Source: Monocercomonoides exilis PA203 (Eukaryota > Protista > Preaxostyla). From it: 64,000 bases of DNA. This document shows positions 37,928 to 51,217 of the stretch, one piece after another; position 1 is the first letter of the stretch; each line of letters starts with the position of its first letter. The stretch is from positions 2,170,001-2,234,000 of the forward strand of contig LSRY02000004.1 in NCBI GenBank assembly GCA_001643675.2. Direction: 5' to 3'. The position numbers were made by a program, and so were the translations under genes. The notes beneath the pieces were generated by a model. The model made no database searches and was not told where the DNA came from. It saw nothing but the letters and a program-made list of their open reading frames with translations.

Positions 37928-38342
37928 ATTCCAATTATTTTATTGAACATTCCATTAGAAAAAGTATTCATTATATAAATATCTGAAAATAGCCAGCTTT
38001 TTTTTTTAATTTTTCATTTCACATGATGCACAATTTTTTTTAATACAATTTTGTTCATGTTTTTTTTTTAAAAGGCATGACAAATTTTATGAATAATCAA
38101 TAGACAAATAAATCAATTATTTCGCAGTTTACCAAACACTTAATCAAAATGGGAAATAGCATTTCCACAAGAAAAATGCAAACAATTACAAAAATAAAAA
38201 CTAAAGCTTGTTAATAATTGTTTCAATATCACAAATATTCTATTAAAACTTTTTAAACATGAAAAGAAAGAATAACACCATGAAGCCATAATATCTATGA
38301 GATATAGCAAATTCTTTGATTTTTGATTAAACAATTGTACGA

Positions 38343-41300
38343 ATGACTGATATTTATTTCAGTACGGATGCCGCACCCCCAGTGTTTTTTCTTCCGAACG
38401 GAAAAGTTACAAAAAATGCACGCATTGACCTGAAGCTTCCAAATCGAAGATTTGTTATTCCTGGAGAACAAATTCAATTTTATGTTATCTTTCAAATTGC
38501 TGAGACGTACAATAAAAGGGGTGTATTTGGAACCCATTCGACATTTGTTTCCACAACGATTAGTTCTATTGAACGAAATCAAGCTTTTGATAACAATAAT
38601 CGTTTATCAAAGCTTCATCCAAATGAAATTTTTCCAGATTATTTGTCATTCGTGCCATCAGCATGCACAGTAGAAGCATCTAATAAGAAAAATCCAGAAA
38701 TTGAACAACAGGACAAAGATCTGTTGTGCACTGAAAATTGTCTCATAAAATCTGAATTTTTGCATGAAATAGATTCAATTTGCCTACTTGTTCGAGGGAA
38801 GGTTCCGCTATCAAATCAAAAGGATGGTGGACGTTTTCGTATTTCCATCACTTTTCAACGTATAAGGCGAGAGGAAGACTTTATGTTAAATGAAAATCAA
38901 CAGTTTGATGCATCACTGGATTCAATTGTCGAAGGTCCGTCGAACAGCAGATGCTACACTGAAACAATAAATTTCGTTGTTGAAGGATTGGTCCCGCTTA
39001 ATCTTTTTATTCCACCTCCAGTTCCATTTGAATCAAAACGAGGTTTTTTATATCAATTGCAAAAAGATCCAGGCGGAAATTCAAATTTTCCTTTGTCAGC
39101 TATTCAACTGCAATCTTCAAAGTATTTCTCCACATCGTCTTCATTTTTGGTAAATATTATTTGTCGAAATGTTCATCCAACACTCTCGATTTTGGTTCAT
39201 TCACTTCTGTTGTCGACAATTCCTCAACTGAATCTCTCTTTCATTTTAAGTGCTAATTCAACACAAGCAACACACCTTCCCTTTATCATCCGTCCAAATA
39301 GCGAGGTTGCTGTTATATACAAGATGAGCACCTCACTTTCAGCTGATGAATGGACGAAGCCGTTGCGCAATGAGTGCTATGCAGATGAACTTGGAATGAT
39401 TCACCAATCGCCTCGATCATCTTTAGCACGCTCAGAACTGAAGCTTTTCTCCTCTCCTCACTCGCCTGCTGCAGGCCCATTTACTTCTGCTGTGTCTGCA
39501 GCGTCTGTGCTCGACGACTTGATGGACGAGGCATCATCGCCTGACATGGCGAAATCCATTTCTTCTGCTGCTACACCTTCTTCTCGCCATTCTTCCATCA
39601 CTCCACCAATGTCTGTCCCAGCCACTATCTCGCAGGCATATCCTGGTTCATCACCTATGTCATCGTCATCATCATCGTCTTCTTCTTCTTCTTCTTCTTC
39701 ACGGTCAACCAACTCTATTTCTGCCTCTTCTTCAGCTGCCAACCCATCAGCGTCTCCACTCCCTGCCCTTATTCCTTCTCCTTCACTGCCTCGTCGCTCA
39801 TCTTCTGTCGCATCTTCTCATCGCCCTTCGTTTTCTATTGCAAGCACAAGCTCCCCTCAAACACAGCCTCCCCTCAATCCTCCTGCTAAGCCTTCTAAAA
39901 AGCCGCATTCTTTCCGCATTCTTCCCCGCCGCTCTGAGTCAAGTTACTACAAACACAAACATCTTTCTGTGAATGACACAACAAAAAACACATCCTCTTA
40001 TGCTGGTAGACATGCAGCAACTGCATCTTCTGTTGATCTCTCACCTTCTCAGTCACCTTCTTCCTCGTTCTTCGCTTCTGCCACTTCGATCAACGACTCA
40101 TCTGTCGACATCTCAATCACATCGCCGTCTTCCCCCAGAAATCCTTCCTCGCCCATTCGTCTCCTTTCTCCTCTGCCAAAGTACTCTCATTCCACCTCAC
40201 CTATTTTTGTTGCACAGACACCGTTGCAACCTCAGCAGCAGCCTCAGCAGTTGCCTCCTGCACACCAAATGCCGCCTACACTTCAGACGCGTCTTTCGTT
40301 CATTCCTTCCTTCACCTCATCCTCAAACACTGTCCCTTCTCTCTATCAGCGCCAGCCTTCACAGCAGAGCAGTTCACACAACATTTCTCCTTCCTTTTTT
40401 CTGCCTCACACACAACCACTGCAATCTACAGAGAGCGCTTTTGAGTCATCGATGAGGCGTCTGCCTTCTCCAAGGCAGAATGGCACTTCATCTGAACAGA
40501 ACGCATCTTCTCTACCTCTTTTTGTATCAAAGACACTTTTTTCTGAACTGACTGCATCTGAAATGTACCCCTTTGATCTCAAAGAACAAACATCTGATTT
40601 CAAACAGAGTCAAATTGCTCCTTTTCAATCAGCAGATGTTTGTCAGCCACTTTCTTCTTCTCGATGTTTGAATGTCAGTTCATCTATCTCAAATCTCCTG
40701 CCAACTTCACAAAAACTTCATCGCTCGTTCTTCAGCTGTTCCATTCCACTTGTCTCTCTTCCAATCGATGTCTGTGTCGCTTGGTCTCCTCTTTTTGATG
40801 ACCATTGCTTTGACACACAGAATTGTGACATATCATCATCATCTATTTCTTCTTCCTCTTTTGACCCTTCCTCTTTCTTTCCTTCTTCTTCAACCACAGA
40901 TGAATTTGCTGAAAATGCAACTTTTGGAATTTTGAGTGATGAGATCACTCGAACTTATTCATCGTCTGTGTTGTTGAGCGGATGCATTCATTCATCGCAC
41001 GCACCACTTCACTCAGACACTTCTGCTCTTTCTGAATCAAATCAGACACATTCCATAAAATTATCATCAACTTCTTCTTCTTCTTCCTCTTCCTCTTCCT
41101 CTTCCTCTTCTCATCCATATGCTCGTGATATTCTGTTTCCCACCACATTTTCAGACGAACACAACACATCTCATCAGCATCCGCCATCTCTTCTGTCTCC
41201 TTCGCCTTTGGATGATCTGTTTGCTTCTTCGCTCAGTTCTTGTCTTTCTTCTTCGTCTGTGCTGCCTTTTTCTGACTCTCATGAAAATGTTTCTTTTCCT

Positions 41301-44300
41301 CTTTCTTTGAATTCACACGCCAATCAAGAGAAGACACATTCTTCTTCCTCTTCCTCTCCTTCTGATTCGTCTTCGTCTGAGCAAGTCCATCTCCAGTCCC
41401 TCTTCTCAACAGCCCTGTCACTCTATTCTCCTCCTCCTGTTGTTGTGATGTTCAGCATGCCTCGCTTTGTCAGGAGAAACGAAGTGTTCACAGTGCAAAT
41501 TGAGATCATCTCCACAAATAGATTGAAAAGCAGCAAAGAGAACGAAGAAGAAGAGGAAGAAGAGGAAGAAAGCGAATACGAAGACGAAGAGAGCGAAACA
41601 AAACATGTTTCGTTTAAATGGAAGTTTCAAGAGAAGAAGCCAAGAAAAAGGAAATCGCCTTTGTTCAGCGAGAAGAAAGGCAGAAAGAGGAAAAGAAGCA
41701 AACCACCTCCTCTTTTGATCCTTCATGTTGAAGATCCAATTTCATCGTGTTCGCAGAATATGCTTCCCCTTCCCTCTTTTCTTGTAGACGATGTCTCTTT
41801 TGCATCTGAAGATAGACAGAACTCAATTGCAGCACAGAAGCAGCCATCAATCAGACAGCCATTGAATTCAATCGCATCAACAGCTGACACAAACAATGAG
41901 TCTGCTTTCCTGTTTTCTTCAGATGAAACTCCACAACTGCACAATTCGGTTGATTCTTTTACTGATTTTGCTTCTTCTTCTTCTTCTTCTTCTTTGCCTG
42001 CAAAAACATTGGCATCTGGAGATGAAAATGCACAGTCAACTTCTTCGTTTATTTTCAGGCCTTATTCTTCTGCTGCAAAGATTCCTCTTCATTCTTCTTT
42101 TGAGCCTTTTTTAATTGCCCAGCCAATTCCAGAAAAACCTTCCTGCTTTTCATCCTCTTTCGCTTCTTCTTTTGGAGCGCTTACAACAACTTCTTCTTCC
42201 TCCTCGTTATCATCTTCTTCTTCTGCTTCTTCTTCTTCTTCTTCTTCAACAAATCTGAAAGCCATTTCGCTTCCACCAGTTTTGACACCTCCGCCTTTTG
42301 ATCAGACGAGTGAAAATGAGAATTATGAACAATTCATTCAATCAGCATTTCCACAAGCAATCGATCATTCCTTTGAGCAAACATCCAATTTGACTCTTTT
42401 GTCTCCGACTGGTGAGACCTCTTCGAGTCAACTGTTTCATTCTCATCCGCTGGCTGCCTCTCCCATTCTGCACAACACTTCTCTTTCATCCATTCCACCT
42501 GCTGTTCTGCCTTCTGATGTGAATGACCTCAGATTTGGCTGTGCTTCGATGGACGAAGATTGCCTGCTGTGGGATGTGGAAGAGGATGATGATGTGATTG
42601 CACAGAGAGCAGAGGAAGAGGCAGCTGAAAAGGAGAAAGAAGAGAAGATCAAAGAAAACAGAAAGAAAGCACATGAAAAGCATCTTCGTCTTGTAGCATT
42701 GATTTCAGCACGGGAAAAGCAGATGATTGCAAATCGAAAGAAGATACGAGAAGAGAAGAAGAGAGAAAGAGAAGAACTTATCTCAAGGAGACGGATAGAT
42801 CGCTTGACGGTGAAGCGGCCAGTGCCGTTTGCGTCTCCCAGAAGCAGATACAGCAACATTGGAGAAACAGAGACAGAGAGAGAGACAGACAGCCCACAGA
42901 AAGAAGGCAGATCACGCCGCTCAGACTCATTCTGCCTCATTTCGTGTCGGGTGAGCGATGCCAGCTCGCCTGTTCCCTCTCAGTCAAAGTCGCCTTCTGT
43001 GGTGTCTGTGGACTCAACTCCGTCTCCAGTACTGTTGGAGGAGTATGTGGACGTGGAGCAGGAGGAGATGAACACAAAGAGGAGAAAAGGAGAAAAAGAG
43101 GAAGAAGGAGGAAATGAAGAGGGTGTTGACATGAAACAAGAGCAGCATGGTGGAGTCATATCTGTTCATTCATTGCCAAATGAGGTATCACAAAATGTTG
43201 AAAAGAAAGGAAAATCAGACGAAAGCGCACATAACAGAAGTAACACTCAAACATTAAAAGAATTCAAAGAAAAGCGCATTGACGATGAGAGAAAAGAAAA
43301 AGATGGCTCATCTTCAAATCATCTCACTGTGAAGAATCCAGTGAAAGAAGACGGATATGAAAGTGAGTATGAGTCAGAATACGAAGAATACTCGGAATCT
43401 GAAGAAGCATTCGACGAGCAGACAGAAAAGGAGAGCGAAGCACAAACAGAAAATCCTCAGCAAAATGTTGGAAATCATTCTGTTTTTTCGGAAAACGCAT
43501 CTGCTTCATCTTCCTCGATAAATTCTTCAGCTTCATCTTCTTCCTCTTCCTCTTCCTCTTCTGGCAAAGCTATCTCTTCAACTACTTCTCCTCCTCCTTT
43601 TGCAATATCATCTTCTTCAACATCTTCTTCTCCTTCTGTGGACATGTCTAATTTGCCTCAAAATGTGCATTCATCTGAATCAGACGCAACTTCTCAGCAG
43701 CCTTCTCATCCAATTTATTCTCCAATTTCTTCCCATTCTGCTGCTTCTGCTGCTTCTGATGTTCTTCATCCTTCTTTCGCTCAGCTTTCTCCTTCACACT
43801 CACACAGCCGTCTGTCATTTCCTGCCATCCCTTCTCCTTCCTGCCGCATGGACCTCATCTCTTCTGCCCATCGCTCTCTCACTCCTGTCCCTTCACTCAC
43901 TCCATCGCCACTTCCAGAAGAAGAACGGCCTTCGACAGCATCGCCTTATTCCTCTGCTGCTTCCAATGTGATCTCATCTTCTCCTCTTCTTCCTTCCTCT
44001 GATTCCATCTCATCTGCTCATAATGTATCTGTTGATGCTGCTGATGACGCTCCTTTATTTTCTTCTGAGCTCCATTCTTCTGCCATTGCTCCTTTATTTG
44101 CCCAATCCTCAGTGGATCAACTGCTTCTATTTCCTTCTTCTTCTTCTTCTTCTTCTTCTTCTTCTGTTTCTGTTTCTGTTTCTGTTTCTGACAATCCTTC
44201 TCAACTTATCGAAAATCCTGAAGCTTCAATGAGTTCTTGTTCAATTGTTCCATCGCTGCTTTCAAACACAGAAAGCATTCAGCAAAGCGAATGGAGCGAA

Positions 44301-44642
44301 GGCCAAAGGCATCGCCTATTCAATAATACTTTTTATCCTCCTGTTCTGTGCCTGGAAAATGACATTCTTTTGGGGTATGCTGCATTTTTTTTAATTGTTT
44401 TTCGAAATGAATTCATTTACGAATTTCTTTTTTATTCTTAATTTAACTGTTTATTTTAAAAAATAATAATATAATTCCATAGCGAACTTAATCGAGCCCA
44501 GAAGCTCAGCTGCTCTTTGCATTTCATCGCTTCCCAAACTGGCTGCATTGAGCTTTGCCACTTTTCTATTGTCGACCTTAGGTCACAACAGATATACAGG
44601 CAACCACTTATCAATCGTTGTGTGGTTATTTGCGTTGATTGA
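38343..44642 (+). CDS. Large Ser-rich protein with a TRAPP-II Trs65/TRAPPC13/TRAPPC14-like C-terminal Ig-like domain
   Basis: 2032-aa ORF. Splicing GT 44375 to AG 44482 gives VLCLENDILLGELNRAQKLSCSLHFIASQTGCIELCHFSIVDL...VD*, similar to the Trs65 domain. An earlier strand VVVMFSMPRFVRRNEVFTVQIEI lies at ~41440. Confidence 0.55.
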
Positions 44643-44893
44643 TGTACCTGTCATGTTTTATAAATTGTGAAATATTTTTGCCGTTTTCTTTTTGTTGTTA
44701 TTGTTATTATAATTATTGTCTTTGTTTTTGGTTTTTCACCTTTCGGGAGTAAAGTCACATTTTTTCAATTATTTGAAATTTCGAAAAAGGAATTCGTAAG
44801 AGTTTTATTTTTTGTTAAGGCATCTTCACCTCTCATCGAATATTATGTTTTTGAAAGTTTTAAGAATATTTAACGATTTTGTTTATTTAATAA

Positions 44894-47800
44894 ATGAACA
44901 GAATTTTGATCAAGCCCTCAATCGTGCTATGTTCAGTCTCCAATTTAATGGAGCATGACAGAAACACGAAAGTGCTTTCGCCTATTACGCACATGCTTTC
45001 CTTGAGAACAGTAATGCATTCAACTTGCACATTTGAACGAAAGCGAAGCAATAATTCACTTCCGATTTTGTCTCAGTTTTCTTCAACTATAAAAGATGCA
45101 ACCGATCTTTCCAAGTCAATAGTTCATTGTAAGCAAGAGGACCCTGATCATACAAATAGTTTTAATTGCTTTTACTCTCGTCTTGCTGGTTCTTTTTTGC
45201 AGCTTTTAAAAAGAAGAGACCATTGCCCTTTTAAGCTTATTTATACTCAATTTTTCGATAAAAAAAATGTACCTGCCCAACTAAAACCTTTAAACAAGCG
45301 ACAAGTTCATCATTTTTTGTGTATTCTTCTGAAGCGACTTGTTCCAGCAAAGCTTTTTGGTTCAACCAAAAATAGAGATCAGTATTTCTTGAATCTCAAG
45401 CAATTGCTAGGTTTATCATACTTTGAAACAATGCAACTTACAGATATGTTAAGCGGAATCAAAACAAATCCTTATCGTAACTCTTTACCTCCTCCATCAA
45501 ATTCGACAAAATCATGTGACATCGACTTCCAGCAATTTGCAACATCTCTTTATTCATTTTTCACACTTGAAATTGTTTATCCTCTACTGAGACATTTTTT
45601 CTATATCACAGAACGAGGTAAAGAAGGAAATAGATTGTATTATTACATGCTCGACCAATGGCTTCAACATCAAGAAACTTCAATTGATAACCTTCAGAAA
45701 AAAGATGGACTAAAACTTGTGACCAGTTCGCTTCCAACTCCTCCTTTTGAAGCCAAGTGCAGAGAAGAAACTGCAATTAATACAAGAATATCATCATTAG
45801 TATCAGTTCTGAGAACACGTTTTGTTCCAAAGAAAACTGGAATGCGGCTGATAATTCAACATAGTATGAATTCACTTAGTTGTAACATATGCCGTCTTGT
45901 TGATTTAAATTTTGTGAATATTGTTTTTAAAACTATTTTTATTCCATTAATCGTTCAATTGTTTGAATGGTGTGCATATGACTGAAGATGGAGTAGCCAA
46001 ACTGTTTTCTCAGAGTTACATTACGAAGCGAAACATGCTGCTGGGTTTGAATCATGGAAATGCACAAATTGTTGGGAGACCAAGAACAATCGGTGAAATC
46101 AGTCCTGCTTCTTGCTTTGATTCGCAGGATCCTTTTTTCAAGGCATTTGGAGCACTTTTGGGCGATTGTGACATTCAATCGTTGGAAGAGAAAGAGGAAG
46201 AGATGTTGTGGAATGAAAATATACCAGCATCAAAGCGCACTGGAATGGGTTGCTACTCTTCAATGAAAAAGAAGGAAGGAGAGAAAGAATATGAAGGAAA
46301 ATCCAATTGTGACCAAAATCAAGGTAAAGCTCCATGGATTCGAAGAACGTTATCAAAAGAAGAAGAAAACATCAAAAACAAAGTGAAATGGCAAACATTT
46401 GAACTTTCTCAGCGAATGCAATATCAAGTTCAAGATTGCTTTTATATACTCACTCATGTTCGGGTATGACTTATTTCATCAGGCATCATAAGATTGTTCT
46501 TATTTATCATTATTTTCAACCATTTTATCTTTCAAATAACTCCTCTTTTCTAAAATGCTTTATAATTTTTCACTACAAAACATTTGTGTGTATTCTTCAC
46601 ATTTTTGATTTATTTTATAAAACAGAAGGCAAATCCTCAACTTTTTGGTGCATCTCTTTTTGGAATTACTGAGCTTTATTCGCGTGTTCTTCCCTTCTAC
46701 AAGACACTGGTTAATCCAAAAACAGGTCTTTACTCCTTCAAAAAGAGAAGAAAACATCGTTTTGGAGTTCTCACAGCTGACATCGAAGGAGCATTCGATC
46801 ACATCCAACGAACGAGACTGATGGGATTACTTGATTCCATCATAAAGCACGTATGCTGGGCAATGAAAAGGCGCTTTGCTTTTTTTTTTAGAAATAAATT
46901 GTATTTGTAATTTTTATTTAACAGAAGACAAATGAATGATGCATGAAGGAGTGTTTTTATTGTTGCAATTAATGTGTTTTTCATGAATGTTTTGTATGTT
47001 GCTCATGTTTAGACATTTTCCGTTAAGAGAACAAACACATCTGCATTGAAATGTGTGCAGATTATTCCGTCGACAGCTTCTGGCGAATCACAAACAGAAT
47101 CTGCTTTTGTGACTCCACGCAATCCGTATTTCTCAGCAAATAGTTGTTCATTTGTGAAAAAGGTATTTTTGTTTTACAAAGTTTCTAATTAACATCCTTA
47201 ACATCAATTCTTCTTTTCATATTTCTGTTGCTCCAAACAGTTTCTCTCAGTCACTTTTTATTTCATTCTTGATTTTTCTTAATTTTTCTTAACTTTTTTA
47301 TCCAATTTCTTTTTATTTATTTGTAGATACACACCTTTTCTAACTCTATCTATTATACATGAGCACATAAACAACCACACCATCAGACTTCCTGTTTCTG
47401 TTTCAAAAGCATCAACCTCCAATCAATCAAAGCCAGCAGAAGAAAAAAAGGAAAAGGAAGATTCAAAGAAAATTAACTCTTCAGCTTCTTCAGAAAAGTC
47501 TAAAGAACCAAATTCGTCCAATTCATCATCAATGTCATCGATGAAGTATGCCTATTTCACGACGACTGATGGTGTGCATCAGGGCTCCTGCCTTTCCACG
47601 CTCTTCTGCAATCTCTATTTGGCATTTATGGAGCGCGAGTGGGAGAAAGAGTGGAATGCGATGCTGGGTACAAACGAAAGCACCCCGTTGACAACATTCG
47701 GCGGCGGATCGACTTTTGTGGCGCGGCTGGTGGACGACTATCTTGTCATCACAGACAACCCGCTTTTCTATCTGTTCTTCTTCACGCGCCTCAGCACAGC

Positions 47801-49018
47801 CAACAGCACCCTCAAGAAGTGGGGGCTGTCCATCAACAAGAACAAGTTCAGGGCAGCTGCTGGTCCGCCTTCGTCTCCCACGCGCTTCTTCGGGCAGAGT
47901 CAGGAAGGAGGCACAATCGTCAGCCAGCTTCTGTCGTCGCTGCAGACATCGTCCAGCGATGTTGCTGCGAACTTCCTGAAAATGTTTGGGATGAGCCAAA
48001 TGACAAATGCTTCCTATGCATCTCGGACAGAAGGTGAATGTGGCGATGTTCTTTCGAATTGCTCGTGTTCACCTTCTGTTCAGGCCCCGGCTGCTTCACA
48101 AGAACAAATGCCGATCTTTCTTTCGCCTTTCCATCTTCCATTGACACAGTCTTGGATTTCAGGTGAATCGCAAAGAGGATTCTCGACATCTTCAGCAGCA
48201 CACTGTTCAAATGCACTGAATTCGCTTTCAACAAATCTGTCGAATGGAAAATTCAAAAGCAGAAGTCATAGGCAGCCAAAAATGCATTCAAAATATTCTA
48301 TCAAATGGTGTGGATTGGTGCTGAACAGCAAGACGTTGGAATGGCAAAAGGATCAGCATTCATTAAAAGCTCGAGGTTGGTATTGCGTTTTTTTTTTTTT
48401 TCTTTAAAGTTATTTTTAATTAATTTCATTTTGTATTTGCTATATCTGATTTGTGTGTGAATGTATTTTATTCGCTTGCTCTGTGAAGCTGTTCTGTCGT
48501 ATTACACTCGCCCTGGTCGGCGCCCAGTTGCAACATTCCTTTCGACACTGACGACGCAACTGTCTCTGCTCTTCAATCCTCTTCTTCTAGATGCCACTAT
48601 CAATTCTTATAGTCGTGTTGTGCATAACGTGAAGGCGATGCTGTTTGTTATCTCAACAAAAACTGCAGCGCTAATTCGTTCATTGAAATGGAAGCGGAAG
48701 CATCTTGTTGAAGGTTTGAATAATTGAGAAATAACAAAATGTATGAAAAAGAAAATGTTATATTGATTGCAAATTCTTTATTTTATTTCGTTTGACAAAG
48801 AAGTTTTTCTATTTACACTGAATTTGTGTTGCGTCATTTTTTTTTTTTTGTATTTTTGTTAATCAGATATATGTGATTCAATAATTACGAATTGCTTAGA
48901 AGTTATGAAAAAGACAATAAGGAAATATCAGCTGAATAGTTATTTCACAGCAGACGTATTTGAAAATTTCGTTTCGTTTTATTTAAATTTTTATCTTCGC
49001 CAGCAAAACGCTAAGTGA
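44894..49018 (+). CDS. TERT: Telomerase reverse transcriptase, multi-exon (3' end approximate)
   Basis: CP (HCPFKLI), QFP (QVHHFL..LVPAKLFGS), T (FFYITE..RLYYY), motifs 1/2 (RFVPKKTGMRLI), motif 3 (LFGASLFG), A (TADIEGAFDHI), B' (GVHQGSCLSTLFCNLY), C (RLVDDYLVI), D (WGLSINKNK), E (WCGL) and CTE (PLLLDATINS), all in the correct order. Confidence 0.96.
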
Positions 49019-49210
49019 AATAGTTTTTTTTGAACTTTGAAAAAAAGTTAAATTAATTGTTTTCAAATTTTTTGATTTTTCAAACAGTGTTTTAAAAAGA
49101 ATTATTTTCTTACAAGCAATCACTAACCCAGTTAATCCAGCAAATGATAACGAACATGAATGGGAACAGTTCTCGAATTGATTTATCTCACCCATCATAT
49201 TTTATGATAG

Positions 49211-50621
49211 ATGAATGGAGGCGAAATGCGTTCCCCCAGGAATATTTTTTCATTCATTTTCCATTCTATCGTTGCACTTTGCATATCTGTAACATATTCA
49301 TATTTTTTTGAAAGATTGTATGCATTTCTCCAATATACACATCTATTTCCGAGAAATCATTTTTTCACAAATAATTGTAAAGTCTTTCGCGATGCAAAGG
49401 GAAAAAGATCTTTTTAAATGTTTTTCTTCTTCCGTTTGTGAATAATATAGTGTCATGTATCATATATGGATTTTGTTTGTTATTGTTATTAATATTAACA
49501 AGTTAAAAATAATTTTCATTTTTTAAACTTGTTATTAGCGATGATCACACTTCGAAAAAATCGAAAATTTACTCTTTCATCAGAAGAGTTGAAACATGCA
49601 TTCCTATCTGGGTTTTATGAATCCTCTTCAACGTTGTTTTCTCATTATTCATTGCAATATATCTCTTATCCTCTCAAAATCATTTTTTCATCTGCAAAAA
49701 TACTTTTTGGTATGTCATTATTTTTGTTGTTTGCCCTATTAGATTTATTTATAATATTAGCAATTCCTGCTTCGATTATAATTACAACTTTCCAGTCTTC
49801 TGGAAATAGTAAAAAGTCGTTTAAAAAATATGAAATAATAATTTCATTTGTAATGTTTATTGGATTGGTTGTTGTTTTGCTTCCTATTGGTTCTGCGCCT
49901 GGTCTTCTGGAAAACTTCTCGATTAAAGGAGCTGTATGCATTCTTCATTTATCATTCTGATTTTGTTAAAAAAATAATCAACAACTCATATTATGTAGTC
50001 TCTCATTTTTGTTTCCATAAATTTAGGTTGTTTTTATGATCAACATCAAATGTTGCTCCTTCGCTCATTGTATGACAATGCTATTGTTTGATTATTCAGA
50101 TAAATATGATGTTTTGTTTGTTATTAATAAATTGTTGGTCATAAAAGGCAATCAACTCCAGTAGCTCTATTTTGGAATTCGCTTTTTGCTTTATGTTGTA
50201 CGAGTATACGTATGTATTTTATAAATCATATATTTTCGTGTTATTATTAATTTTTTGTAGTTATTATAACTTTAGGTGACATCAAACAAGTGATATCTAC
50301 CTTAACAAACTTGCAAGAACTTGTTCCAATTATAATTATTAGTTGTCATCACACATTGTCTCAGTTTTTCTTGGCTTCTCTGAAGCGAAAATATGGAATA
50401 TTTTGGAAAAATGTAGTTGCTTCTTTACGAAGAGTGTGTATTTTTAGATTTTCTGAACTTCAAATAATTCCTCTCTTTCAAAGTGCATATCTTTAATAAT
50501 TTCAATTGTTCTGTTTGGTCATTCGGTAACTATACAGCAAGCTTGCGGAATTACGATTGTTTTGACTTGTGTATTCCTTGCAGGAAATGCAGAGACCAAG
50601 AACAGAAACAGAGAAAAATAA
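49211..50621 (+). CDS. UAA-family / SLC35B-like nucleotide-sugar transporter, multi-exon
   Basis: SLQYISYPLKIIFSSAKI and the spliced C-terminus VVASLRR|CISLIISIVLFGHSVTIQQACGITIVL match SLC35B signature blocks; multiple hydrophobic helices; TAA at 50619-50621. Confidence 0.75.
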
Positions 50622-51217
50622 TCAGCATAAAGTATGAATTTGTTTGTGCTTTTGCAAAGCCTTGCTTTAAGGCACAACGAAAAGGCAATAATGTTATTTT
50701 TGTTGAATTGAAATATTCGGATTGAAAATAAATATTTATTTTAATTTGAACAGACAACTTATTTTGAGCGTTTGTTTACTAATATTAGAATCTTTTGATG
50801 AATAACATTTTTTATAATTCAACTCACTTTTAGTTTTTGATAACAACATGTTAAAAGCATTCAATCACAATTATAATTCTCACATTTTTGAAATGTTGAA
50901 GTTGAAATTTTTGCAAAAATTTTTTGAAGCTTCGAACTTTTTGGTCAATTTTCAATACGCTTTTTCTAAATATTTGATATGGCAAAAAAATATCATAAAT
51001 AAAAGTATCATTCACAAAGAACGATGCCCTCCTCTAAACTTATATAAGTTTGATGACAAAAGTGCTAAAAAAAGAGAAAAGAAAAAGCCAACGTTGGCAT
51101 TCAAAAACAAAAGTTGAAACAGCAGTTAGTAAAGAATAGCTAGAACTGAATGTGTAGTGAAATGAACCTCTCGAACCAAATTCAAATTCAAGTTAACTCC
51201 TCCATTTATAAATAACA

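Noticed and set aside
44894-48407. RT as a retroelement (Penelope/LINE)
   Set aside because: It has telomerase-specific CP, QFP and T motifs and multiple introns, with no endonuclease or terminal repeats
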